A stretch of 64,000 nucleotides of DNA from Cyanidioschyzon merolae (lineage: Eukaryota): NCBI GenBank assembly GCA_000091205.1, contig AP006501.2. One strand, written 5' to 3'. A program made the position numbers and the translations under genes. The notes below the pieces were generated by a model, which was given only the letters and a program-made list of their open reading frames with translations, was not told where the DNA came from and did no database searches. Shown here piece after piece: positions 1 to 11,300 of the stretch. Each line of letters starts with the position of its first letter. Within the stretch, counting starts at the first letter, position 1.

Positions 1-2331
1 AAGGACGAGGTTGCCGACGATGCCGTTCGGGCACACGTGAGTGCAACGTGGCGCAGCGCTGCACTTTCGCGGGGTAGCGCAAGTGCCTGGCGGGACCTGA
101 AACTGTTTTTAGACGAGCACGTCGCACCGGAGCTACCCAAGATGTTCCGTTTGATCGGACAGCATTGGCTGACCCCGAAAACTGCCTGGTTGTGGTCCGT
201 GGTAAGCAGCTGGCGGGCAATCGCCTGAAAAGATGCGAGTTTCGAGCTGCGAGGCAAAAGCTGCGGCAAATTAGACTCGAAGTCACGACCTTAGGATGGC
301 TTTCTTGGGCTCGTGTTATGAGACGTACGCGCTGTGGCACTGAGACTGAACTGGACAAAGTAGAACCAACTGCGCTACTACATCCAATGATTTCAGTTCG
401 CCGTGGTCTACGTCTGCACCCCATAGCGTCGGGGGTTCGTTGCACCTGCGGCGCGTGCGTTTGTTTGTGCTCGCTTGCGTACGCTCTTTTTCACTAACCG
501 TTTCAGCATGGTGTCACTTGTATTGTGCAACTTGATTGGATTTGCACCTTTTTGGACAGGTACGGCCTCGGTGCGCACCTTGTTGCGCAGATGGGATGCT
601 TGCTTCATGACGTCAGTGCTATGATCCCTTGTCGTGAGGTACAGATGCGCATGAAGCGATAGCGCCCTTTGGCGGGTGCACGGTTGGTGTGCCGGAATGT
701 GCACTCATCTGGTCAGCGTAAATTTATCATGCGGCATGCTTGCACCCAAGTCGACGTATACACGGACGAGCACGACCTTGCCTCAGTTATTTTTGGGGTA
801 CGGAGTAGGGCGCTGCATGATCGTGTAGACGAACCGGGGGATTCCCGATTGCGCCATGGTTATCGGTATCCGCGAAAGCGTTCATCATTCTGCACGGGAC
901 CGCCGCGTTTCAGGAGCCAATGCCGATAACTTCTTTTCGGAATTAGGGTTTGTTCGTCCAATTTTCCTGGTGCCGAGCGCCTGCCGTGTGCGCCCACTAT
1001 GTTGCCACTAGCGTCGATATGGTTATCGCATGGCAACGGAGCGGCTTTTCCATACCATGATTGAAGAAAGCTCGAGGCATGAGCCTGCTTGTACACGCCC
1101 GCGGGCTCGCGGAACGCGTCCCTCACGGACGACTCGGATATGCACTGGCACCGGAGCTGGTGTATTTGCAGCTGCATACCCAATCGATGCTCTTTCGCCT
1201 ACGAGCTGGTGCGTCACATAAAAAGCAAACGAAATTACTAGGTACCGTCATATCTTCGGGACGGCACAGCGTTGCAGGTTGGTCGAGCAGTCGCCCAAAC
1301 TTTGGTGTGAGGCGACGCGGGTCGACGGACAACATAATGGTAACGTCCGACATGCTGCGGTTCCTGGAGGGTTTCGCCGTTTTCCTGGACGGCGTAACAG
1401 GGAGCACTCGTGATTCAAGCTGACACCGAGACAGCGGCCCCACGCGGTCACTTTTAGACGTCCATGGTAAGTGCCATAAAACAGTGCGAGGCTCTCACGC
1501 AGATCCGTGTCGATGATGCTACCAGATACGTTTGCTCATCAGCTTGGCCGCTCTTTCCGACGTTTCCGTGGCCGTATCCACCTATTCGATGTCCATTGGC
1601 AAGCACATTTGGTCATAGAGCACTCGCTAGCAAACAGCATAGCACAGCACTGCAGATCCTCGGCAGTTCTTGGAGCACCGCTCACACCGGTGACGCATCG
1701 CGAGTGCGCACCGCATCCTGTGCCTCGTGCTGAACTAGGTCCGTTTGATCGCATGGCATTCGCGAAAGACGCATGCAGATGGTGTGTATCGCGTTTGGCA
1801 GAGGGCTATGTTATTCAAACCAGTGAACCTGAAACAGTCTGTCATTGAGATGTTTATCGACAAACGCGTGGATGCGGCATCCTATCGTTCGCGGAGCGTC
1901 CTGTCATAGTGCCAGCGAAGAGTCGGAACTCTTACGCGAGCAGAGCTGCATTCGTTTTATTTTGCAAGCAGCCCCGGTCCGTGCAGCTGCTTGCATTCTT
2001 CCGCAGATTTACATCCATCAAGGAGCGTCAAATCGTTCCTGCTAAAGCGCACAGAAACGTCGCGCGAAAGCATGTATCCGAGGATGTCGGGTGACTCCAA
2101 CGGCGAACAAGATCCCAGCCATTGCCGCCTACGATACGATTTGGGTAAGGCGCTTATGGAAACAGGTCGGGCCGATGCAGCCCATTTATGCACAGGCACT
2201 TGCTCTTCGTTGTGTTGACCTATAGTGCAGTCCACTGCTATTGCAATGTTCATGCACACATGCTCCAGATTATCTACCGAAATCATGGGGGTAGGCCGCA
2301 GCGTAGTCTCCAGAAAGCTCATGGAACAGTT

Positions 2332-3456
2332 TCATGGATGAATAGTATCTTTGAATTCAAAGAACGAGTCATGCATGCGAATGAAAGAGTACTCCTCGCA
2401 TGACCCACAACACCCGTATAAATTAGGTTCTTTGTGAAAGATAGCGAACCCGGCGTGCATAAAACCTTGGAAAAACTCATCCACTTCTGGGATAGAGGCG
2501 ATACCCGCGTGCACTTCGATAAGGACTTGATTCACGTGCCGCAGCGCGTGCCAGGTTCTCAAGGCATATTGCTCTTCAGAGCTGAGTTCACGTTGGCTCC
2601 GTCCTTGGCGAAGGAGCTTGTCGGCTGCCCGGAACGCTCCCAAGAAAGAGGTGAACTCACCACCCTCGATATCGATCTTGAGCACCTCGACGACGTTTGG
2701 CAGCTCCAGGTGACCCAATCCAGACATGATCTCCGCCAGCGAATTGTTGCTCTCAGCCGGGCCAAGCGGCCGGCGAAAAAAACGAACGCGTTCCAGAAAG
2801 CTCTCGGAGTGCATCGCAGATGGTGGCGATGATGTTGGGTCAAAGACGAAAAAATCGCAGTCCGGCAAGCGTTCATGAAGCTTCGTTTCGAAACTGAAAT
2901 CGTTGTTGCTACCAAAACTGTACACAATGCAGCGATACGGGAGCCTGAGCTGCTCACGAAACAGCCGTCCCCGGTTCAGGATAGCAGGTGGGTCGCACAC
3001 CCATTTGCCACCGTCTCCGTTGTTACCGATCCGTTCCTCTAAGGCACAGCCGATATCCGGTTCCCAGTTATTGTAGAAAAAAACCGACGGGTTCGGTTCG
3101 AGGGTAACGGTCTGGCGCTTTCGCTGACGTCGTAACCGAATCCTCCGTTGGGCCCAGAGCGCGTCCGACTCGCACCAGAAGCCGAGCGACTCTTTCAGTG
3201 CTCGCGTGTCCTTCGAAGTCACTGGTAGGGTCCGGTCCCAAATCTCCGTCAGGGTTTTCGCGTTGCGCAAAGAGCTCCCACGACGAAGAGCCCTCGACAC
3301 GGAGCGAACGCAGCTGTCATCCACGGCGGGAAGATCCGCGCGCTGGACACCACTAGAGCGTCCGTTGAGAACACTAGTAGCGCGGTATATTACGATAAGA
3401 GCATAAATAAGAAAAGTCAAAGCCCCTGAAGCGATGCACGGTTTTCGCCACGTCAT
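2332..3456 (-). CDS. FkbM-family (Methyltransf_21) methyltransferase domain protein, likely a type II membrane protein
   Basis: The 454-aa ORF 2332..3696 contains YRCIVYSFGSNNDFSFE...DCDFFVFDP...VLKIDIEGGEF, typical of FkbM-type SAM methyltransferases. The first ~52 codons of the ORF are read-through from the Fanzor element terminus and share ELYEKK with the copy-B Fanzor C-terminus. The true start is probably the ATG at 3456, MTWRKPCIASGALTFLIYALIVIYRA, which looks like a signal anchor. Confidence 0.5.
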   Translation of the reverse strand: MTWRKPCIASGALTFLIYALIVIYRATSVLNGRSSGVQRADLPAVDDSCVRSVSRALRRGSSLRNAKTLTEIWDRTLPVTSKDTRALKESLGFWCESDALWAQRRIRLRRQRKRQTVTLEPNPSVFFYNNWEPDIGCALEERIGNNGDGGKWVCDPPAILNRGRLFREQLRLPYRCIVYSFGSNNDFSFETKLHERLPDCDFFVFDPTSSPPSAMHSESFLERVRFFRRPLGPAESNNSLAEIMSGLGHLELPNVVEVLKIDIEGGEFTSFLGAFRAADKLLRQGRSQRELSSEEQYALRTWHALRHVNQVLIEVHAGIASIPEVDEFFQGFMHAGFAIFHKEPNLYGCCGSCEEYSFIRMHDSFFEFKDTIHP

Positions 3457-3540
3457 GCCGGCCACTGAAAACAAACGTCTTTCAAAAGAAAAACGCTGCC
3501 GCCAACGGTGTACAGTAGTTACGGGAAACGCGCCGTAAGC

Positions 3541-6500
3541 AAATCGTCTCCAGCTGAGGTGCAGACGCATCCCCGTCTTTTTCGACCGTCCACCTACTAC
3601 GTCTTTCATTTTCTTCTCATATAATTCCACTTTGAGAGGTCGCCCCACAGGTTCTCTCGTGTCGAATCTGGAGGTCTTTTCTCCAGCACCGCACATCTCC
3701 TGATATTGATAGCGACATTAAAGTCTCGGTTCACAAACTCCATGCGTTTCTTGCCATCTTTGGTTGTGCTTACTAATGCAAGTAGCCCACGAACTTTCGC
3801 CCTCCTTTCCATTTGCTCCTCCGTCAGCGGTCCGTACTTTGCTATTTCGTCAGGGCTCCTCTGGCACTTTTCCATCTCGATCCTTTGAAGTGTACAACAC
3901 AGTTCATGGTGTGTATACGATGTTCGGAACTCATCTACAGGTATTGTAACTAACCTGTCTGCACACCCCTTGTACGTTCTTGTCGTTGGAGCTCGTGTAC
4001 ACTCTTTTTCAGACGCCTAGCGCCCTGCTCCGTATGCTACTACCAGCCTTTGACTTTCATCCTCTTTGAAGGCACTCAGCTGACTGAAAAAGTTCGCGAA
4101 CGCACACTGCTTGCCACCGTATAGATTCATACGCAATCGAGGCCACCGGGGCTTTGTATACTCTTTCCACAGTGCCTCCTAATGAGCAATACGAACTTTC
4201 ATGAACTCCCGAAAAGCTTGAAAATCTGCTCCGCGGCTCGTCACCTCGCTCAAAGCTTCCAGGTGCTCTTTCATTCCTGCATTGCATGTCTCGTTTTTCT
4301 TCCTCGTATTCATCACACCGGATTCTCGATAGTATCTCGCTCTCGGGAACCTCAAAAGACGCATGTCTTTCTGAATGAAGTTGCCGTCTGGACCATATTC
4401 CGCACGCCTGGGTACAGCGATGGCTGTGACATTCGTATTCCCAGGGTCCGCGCCAACGACAAAGTCGTTATACTTCCTTTTCTGTGTGGCACAATCCGCC
4501 TCCTTCTCATCTTCATACCTCGTCACGTCAACGACAACGTCGTCATCCTCTACCTCTTGCGTAGCAGGATCCGCGTCTTTGTTTTCCTCATCCTTCGTGA
4601 CGGGCGCAGCCGAGGACGGAACTGGCCGAGCTGCCTTCAACCGCCGATAGTCTACACACTAGGCTACTCCATCGGTTTCGATCATCCCCGTGAATACCTT
4701 TTGCTTGCTCGTTTTGAGACGTTTGAAATCGAAGATGTTCTTCCAGTACGTCTCCCTGGTTTCACGGGTGAACTCTCTTTTCCTAAAGTTGAACTCCGGA
4801 CTGATTTCCCTCATGATGCCGTAAAGGACGCCGGAGTCGATAGTCACATAATGTGACTTGATGTTGCACAACGGAACGACGTTGAAGCGCTTCCCCATTA
4901 GGAAAGCCTTCTGTCTCTCCCACTCTTCATTCTTGTCCTCACTCGGCTTCATCTCCGCCTTGCGTTCGAGTTCACGGTCCAGAAACACGAAATAGCGCAG
5001 GATGAGGCGATAATGTCTTTCCTTATCTTTTTTCAACTCTGATACCTTTGCTGCTTGATTCGCCAGCCCCAGTACCGCACGGTGCTCTTGTATAGGCGCA
5101 CGGATTACAGAAGCTTCATTCGTGCTCCTGTGTGACGTCTTCTCATCAACGAATTCGATCTCATCTTCATGCTTGCGATCGTTCGTGATGCCATCGATAA
5201 TCGCCCATATTCCTTTGCGAGAGATGCCCGGATAGAGTGCAAACACCGCGCGTATGATGAAACGTTGGAGCTTCATGGTCATATGGTTCCTCAAGTTCGT
5301 GACGTACGTTTTCATCGCCCCGTAGGTGTAAACACTCGAGTCACCCCTGTATCGAGCACCGCCGAAGCGGGATTCGGTGTGGTTTTCGTGGAGGGCATGC
5401 ACTAGCTCATTTTGCTTCCGCGTTTCCGCTGTACCAAGCATCAGATGGCGAATAAAAGTCTTGTCGAATAATTCTTTCCGAACTTCGACTGTTTAGATGT
5501 CCGTCACGTCGCGATACATCCTCTTCACCAAATGCATGAGTCCTGAAGAGGCCTTTACAATACTCAAGGAGTACGACTCGTCATGGGTTCTGATAGCCTC
5601 CCGCACTTTTTCCCTGTACGGATCCTTGATATGTCCAAGAATACAGACTTTCACTACTGTCTCGTCGTACTGTCGTCTTTCTTGCAGCCATTGGCGTCGG
5701 GCTTCCATCTTTTGCTTCTTGGCCCTCTCCAGTTCCTGTGGACTCGGCACTGTTTTTCGGTTTTTTTTCTGGAAACCGGCGACACACTGGGCCTCCGGCA
5801 TCCTCCACTTCCACTTACGTACATTTCCTTTTTATTTTTTTGAAAAAGGAACCCCCTTTGACTGCTTCTTCTATGAACCGCGAACAATGACTTGAATACA
5901 CTCTCTTGAGAGTTGAAACACAACGGAATCGAAAAAATATACTTTGCTACGGCTTCAGAGCGAATACTACTCGTACATTAGAGCAGAATGCTAACGATCA
6001 GGATCGCGTTTCACTTCAACGGCGAGAAGCACGTCATGTATCATGCCCGCCAGATATGGAGATACGCGCATCGACCATGCTACACAAAAAAGGAAGAGAA
6101 ACTAGCAGTTCAATTGCAACGAGATAACGATTTCTTCTCCCTCTATGATACATATTAAAAGGGAGGCAAGATTTCCATGTAGTCGAAACTTTACTTTCCG
6201 GGCGGAAGGCCCTGCGAGCCGGACGAGTCTGCTAGACCAGTCCTTCATGATCTTCCCAGTGCTCAGTGCTGTGGTGATATTCGAGCAACTCGACCGAAAC
6301 GCAGTTTATTCTCGGGCCGGGGACGGGTATGCTGCGTCTGGGCATCGCGCTGGTCGCAGTGGACTCCTACAAAGTCGTTTCGCGCCACACTACACTGTAC
6401 CTCTGTCTGCGCAGAGTGCATGCTCCCAGGATGATATTGAATCCCGACCACGTTTCAGGTGAAGCTTTCCTCGATCCGAATCCCTCAGTGGTATGGCAAA

Positions 6501-6588
6501 GCCGCTCTGCCTCTATGATGCATCGGCATCAGCCGTATAAGCGCTTTTGCTGGAGGTCAAAGCGGGCACTCGGCGCACTTTAGTACTC
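3541..6588 (-). mobile_element. Fanzor1-bearing mobile element, copy A, degenerate
   Basis: DNA and protein-level repeat of 26688..29645. The right 1.76 kb (4826..6588) is about 99% identical to copy B, and the remainder is about 80% identical. No TIRs or TSD are recognisable by eye. Confidence 0.75.
3606..5801 (-). pseudogene. Fanzor1 / TnpB-like RuvC nuclease, disrupted copy
   Basis: ORF fragments are 3606..3875 ([21 protein letters not shown], RuvC-III), 4179..4640 ([18 protein letters not shown], RuvC-I), 4659..5441 and 5493..5801. The 3876..4178 segment is frame-broken relative to copy B. A premature TAG follows ...IETDGVA, and the stop codon at the element end is lost, so the ORF reads into host sequence. 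Confidence 0.7.
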
Positions 6589-6794
6589 ACAAAACGATCC
6601 GTATATCCGAGAGGAAGTAAGCGTCATGGAACTTGAGGATAGGGTGCATCATGATGGACACTTTTTCGATTATTAATCCACATCCCGCAATTTGCGATCC
6701 AAGTACAATCTGAGCGTTTTGTCAAACCGAAAAGAAATCACCATGGCTGCAGACGCCCCCGGCGTGCTCACGAGTTGTTCAGCTCAGCGCCTCT

Positions 6795-7931
6795 ATGGTT
6801 CCAGAAGGTGCTTGCTCTGCCAAGGAGCTCACTGAAAACGACCAACTCCGCCAAATATATGCAATTTACTATGGCAACCGCAAAGCAGCAGTCCTTGCCG
6901 TTGCCCAGCGTTACCGAGTTTTTGACTTTTTAGAAGCCCGCGAACCGGCCGGAGCAACCCTCGATGATATCGTGCAAGCATACGGCTTTTCAGTTCGCGG
7001 AACGAAGGCGCTACTGCTTGCACTCGAGTACCTGAATCTGGTAAAGATTGCAAATGATCGCTACTTCCTAGCACCGTCCAGTCGACAGTTCTTGGTTTCC
7101 ACTGCACCAGAGTCTGTCGCTGGCTTGATCGACCTGGAGTTCTCGGAGTTTATCACACCGAGCGCCCTTGACCAAGCTTTACGTTCCGGACGACCACAAG
7201 TCTACGACGCTGTACCAGACGTATGGCAACAACACCAACAGGATACAGAGCGCTGCGTCCGCTTCACAGCTGCGATGCACGCTATCAGCAGTGGACCCGC
7301 TCGTGCTATGGTCCAGAGGCTCGCCCTCGAGCCGCACTGGGGCCTGCACGCGTCACTGGCAACGCGACCGCATCGTCTGCTTGATGTCGGTGGTGGCAGT
7401 GGCTGCTATGCCATCGAATGGATGCGGCATGCACCTGTACCTAACAGCGAAGCCGACGTGCTCGAGACGCCAGCCTGCAGCCGCGTGACCCAGCACTACA
7501 TCGACGAGGCCGCTTCGAGCATCCAACCGAATCGTATTCGCGTCCTGCCCGGTGATATGTTCACAGAAGAAGCGTACGGTGATGCGAATAGGTATACGCA
7601 CGTCCTGCTCTCGCAGATCCTTCACGACTGGCCAGTGCGTAGCGAGGCGTCGTCCGCACCGCGGCGAGATGGCGAACGCCTGGTAGAACTTGCGTGGCGG
7701 GCGCTATCTCCTGGAGGTGTCCTTGTTGTTCACGAGAAACTCGTGCACGATGAAGACTCCGCCATGGTGACTATAGATATGTTGCATTGGACCCAGGGTC
7801 AACAGTACACAGAGGCGATGATGCGGGAGCTGTTACGCGATGCGCATTTTATCGAGGTGCGCTTTCGGAAGACGCCTCACACCTACTGGTGGCTAGCCCT
7901 GGCGCAGCGACCATTCACCCCGAGTACGTAG
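6795..7931 (+). CDS. Class I SAM-dependent O-methyltransferase (plant COMT-like family)
   Basis: 378-aa ORF with the SAM-binding motif LLDVGGGSGCYAIEW and the downstream acidic and hydrophobic motifs typical of O-MT family 2, plus an N-terminal dimerisation-like region. Confidence 0.6.
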   Translation: MVPEGACSAKELTENDQLRQIYAIYYGNRKAAVLAVAQRYRVFDFLEAREPAGATLDDIVQAYGFSVRGTKALLLALEYLNLVKIANDRYFLAPSSRQFLVSTAPESVAGLIDLEFSEFITPSALDQALRSGRPQVYDAVPDVWQQHQQDTERCVRFTAAMHAISSGPARAMVQRLALEPHWGLHASLATRPHRLLDVGGGSGCYAIEWMRHAPVPNSEADVLETPACSRVTQHYIDEAASSIQPNRIRVLPGDMFTEEAYGDANRYTHVLLSQILHDWPVRSEASSAPRRDGERLVELAWRALSPGGVLVVHEKLVHDEDSAMVTIDMLHWTQGQQYTEAMMRELLRDAHFIEVRFRKTPHTYWWLALAQRPFTPST

Positions 7932-8374
7932 TCCTGCTGCAGAGAAGCAGGCGATGACGAATCGGTATCACTGGGAGGTTAACAGCAGTATCCACCGAAA
8001 TCTTGCGTATATTCAGAGGCGCACACACCCCATACCTAGCATTATGACGCAGAGGTACTGCATACATTCCCGTTGTGTTGCAGCTTGTCGCTTTACACGC
8101 ACCAATTAAGGCAGCTCAGATACCCGGTGCCCCGGCCTGCCCGAAAACGCCGAAGCGTGTGCACCGTGCGGCATTAGATGCATTGTCGTGCGGTTGTCGC
8201 AACAGCGGATACAGCGGACGCGCACACCCCTGTCTTGTATCCGTGGTCAGCGCCGCGTATCGACTCTACGCCAGCTTAGGTGCCTTGATCCGCCTAGGTA
8301 CATTGCACCAGCCCAGGAGCCTGCTGCTCCGCAGCGGCCTCCGTACCGTTCGTATTGCCTCTGCGGACTGCACA

Positions 8375-11300
8375 CTAGGCCTCTGGTGCGGATGCAGTGA
8401 CATCGCTGGCGCTGCCTACCTGTAGCGCTCTGGGTGACGTCTCCCGCAGCGCCGTATCGATCGTGTAACCAAAACGCTCTAGGATGGACTTCACTTCCGG
8501 CTGTAGAAGTACGCTACGTTCCGCCACTGCCAATTGTTGGAGAACAGCGAGCACTTCGGGATCTGCGCTCTGCATCAGCGCAGATAGCGTCAAGAGCGCT
8601 TGGCGTCGAACGTCGGCTTTCTGTGCGCCCAGAGCGAGTCGCGCAAGACGCCGACAAAAGATGCCTCCCTGGTACGCACTGAGCGCGTCTCGGAATCGCG
8701 CACTTGCTTCGATCATTTCTCGGTAGGGGCCGAGAATGTATTCCGCATGACACGCGGAAGAGCTCTGGTGTTGCAGCGGCAACCACTGGGAGCCACTGGC
8801 TTCGCAGTTCGAGTCTGCGATCTTTGCGGCAGCTGTCACTGGAGCACGCGGCGATCTCGTTTCAGCGTTGCAGAAAGGTAGCTCTGCGAGCACCTGCAAG
8901 AACGTTGAAACGGAGCCGGCGTCAGCAGATAGCGGTTCGTGAGGCAGCAGCAGCAGCACATCTTCGATCTGTCGAAGACTGGTTTTGCTGGCGTGCATCC
9001 AAGTCACCAGCGATTCCAGGATCGCCTTCTGGTGCGACGTCAACAGGTGCGACACCCGCATGTCATCGTCTCTGGGCGACGCTTCGGGTGCGGTGATGCT
9101 CGCTCCGCGCTCCGACAGCGTGTTTGCTGCGCTTGGGGGTCGCGTGGCGGCTGCTGCAGGCGCTAGCGATACCGCCTCGGCCTCCTTGGAAGCACGTAGA
9201 CGCTGTTGTCGAACGACAGTGCCCAGTAATTCCCCGATCAGGAAGCCGGTGACACCATTCTGCCACAAAACTTGACGAATACGCTCTGAGCTGCAGTCCA
9301 AGGCACACAGAATCTCGATAGCGAAACCTCGCAACGGATGTTCGCCGCTTTGACCAGGAGCGTCCTCCGAGCATGCAGTGCCTGGGTGGTTCCGGTTAGA
9401 ACCGGCACCCGTGCCCGATGGCGTCTGTGATACAGGTCCAGTGCCCGCGATAGCTCCACCGCCAGCGCGGGCCAGCTGCAGCAGATAGCGTACCAGCTTG
9501 CCATTGTGTGCACAAACTGCTTCTTCCTGTCGTTCTCTGGTCTCCAGGGGACCTCGCAAACGACACAAATTGAAAAGGGTTATGATGATGCGCCCATCGA
9601 GCAGCATGCTGTGCTCCAGCATGCCCACCAAGACGGTGATCGCACCCGAAGTTTGCAGCGCCCGATGGGACTCCTGATGACCACTCAGATCGCGGAGCGA
9701 ATTCAGGACACTCAGCTGATCGCGCTGATCTCTCAACGCCGGCAGGATATGCACAATGGGTTGAAGGACACTGCGGCGGGCCATGTGTTTCTCAATGACC
9801 GAGTCTGCTGGCGGAAAGAGCAGCCATAGCTCCACGAGGCGGCTAACCAGGTGCTCGACGTGCTCCTCGTGCAGCGCGTGCGTCTGACGCGCTTTGGTCG
9901 GCGATTCGTGATCCAGCTTCTGCTGCTCAACACTGGGAGCCGGTTTGTGCGCCAGCCATTCAATACACCATTCGAGCGCCTCGGACAGGCGATCCAGAAA
10001 CCCGTCCCGAGCTAGCAAACGGCAGATATCATGGCGACGACGCTGACTTTCCGTCTGCATCACGAGCGCCACCCCGCGCAGCGCAATGAGCGTCATTTCC
10101 CAGTAACGGCTAAAGTCGGGTTCGAGCAGGTGCACAAACACGCGCAGCCCTCGACTTGCAATGAAAGTTTCGATGAAACGAACATCGCTCTCATCAAGCA
10201 CCGCCGCGGTGTCCAGCCTTTTCTGGTTGTACGCGAAAGCGAACGTTCTCCGATCGGATGCGGTCTCGGAGCCCGCGTCCTGGGCACTGGGCGCACACGC
10301 AACCTTGCCCTCGTGAACGCCTACATCTTCAACATCAATGTGCAGCATTTTGGCAAGCAAGTGCGCACTCTGCATTCGAACACGATCATTATAAGTTCGA
10401 GCGGAGAATTCTACCAGAATTGGGACTATTCCTGCAATACAGAGGTGCTCGCGGAATGCGCGCCCTTCGGCCGTCGAGTCTGGCACACCCGGCATCGTGG
10501 CCGCTGCCTCGTTCAGAAACGCTAGAATCCGCTCAACGAGCACCTGCTCTTCAATGCCAGATGCATCTAATACTTCCATCAGTGGAATGAGCAGGTGGTG
10601 TGTCACCAAGTAGAATCGCTGGGGTTGAACTTCTCGGAAAAGCTCCAGGATAGAGTTGGCTGCCTCTACAGCGCGCTGCTTGGAGTCGCCGAGCGTGAGG
10701 TCAGCCCGCACCAATGCGGAAATCTTGCGACTGATTTCCTCCCATACCAGACGTTCGTAGCGATCTCGAGGCAACGAATCGGAGTGTCGTAGCTTGCGTT
10801 CGCTTCTTCGTCGCTGCCGGGGAATAGCATTTGCATCGGTATCGGCATCGGCAGGCTCGGTGGGTTGCAGTCGAGCCGCTTGCGAAACGTCGCCAACTTG
10901 GACGAGTGTTGAGGCTGTTGGTGGATTCAAGGAATCTCCTTCGCTCTCAGCAGATGAGATTGAAGGTGACGAGAACAAAGACAAGGATTGGCTCTGGTAT
11001 CCAACATGTGGAAACGAATGTCTCAGAGACAAGGAGCGCTCCCGCGATTGCCGCAACCTGGATCTTGAGACCGGAGATGACGTTCGATTCCGGGAGCGAT
11101 CCCCAGCGACTTCAGAGTCCGGTGTAAGGTCCGGCGTATCCGTTTCCGAGTCGGTCTCATCCGAACTCGGCATGTCTACGGATACAGAGAATCTCGTTGT
11201 GTGGAGCGACTGCCGCCATCGCTGCAGCTCCTCCAGAAGCAGGTCCTCGTTCTCGATACCTAAATCATCGTAGGTCTCTTCCTTTTCAGCAAACATCTCA

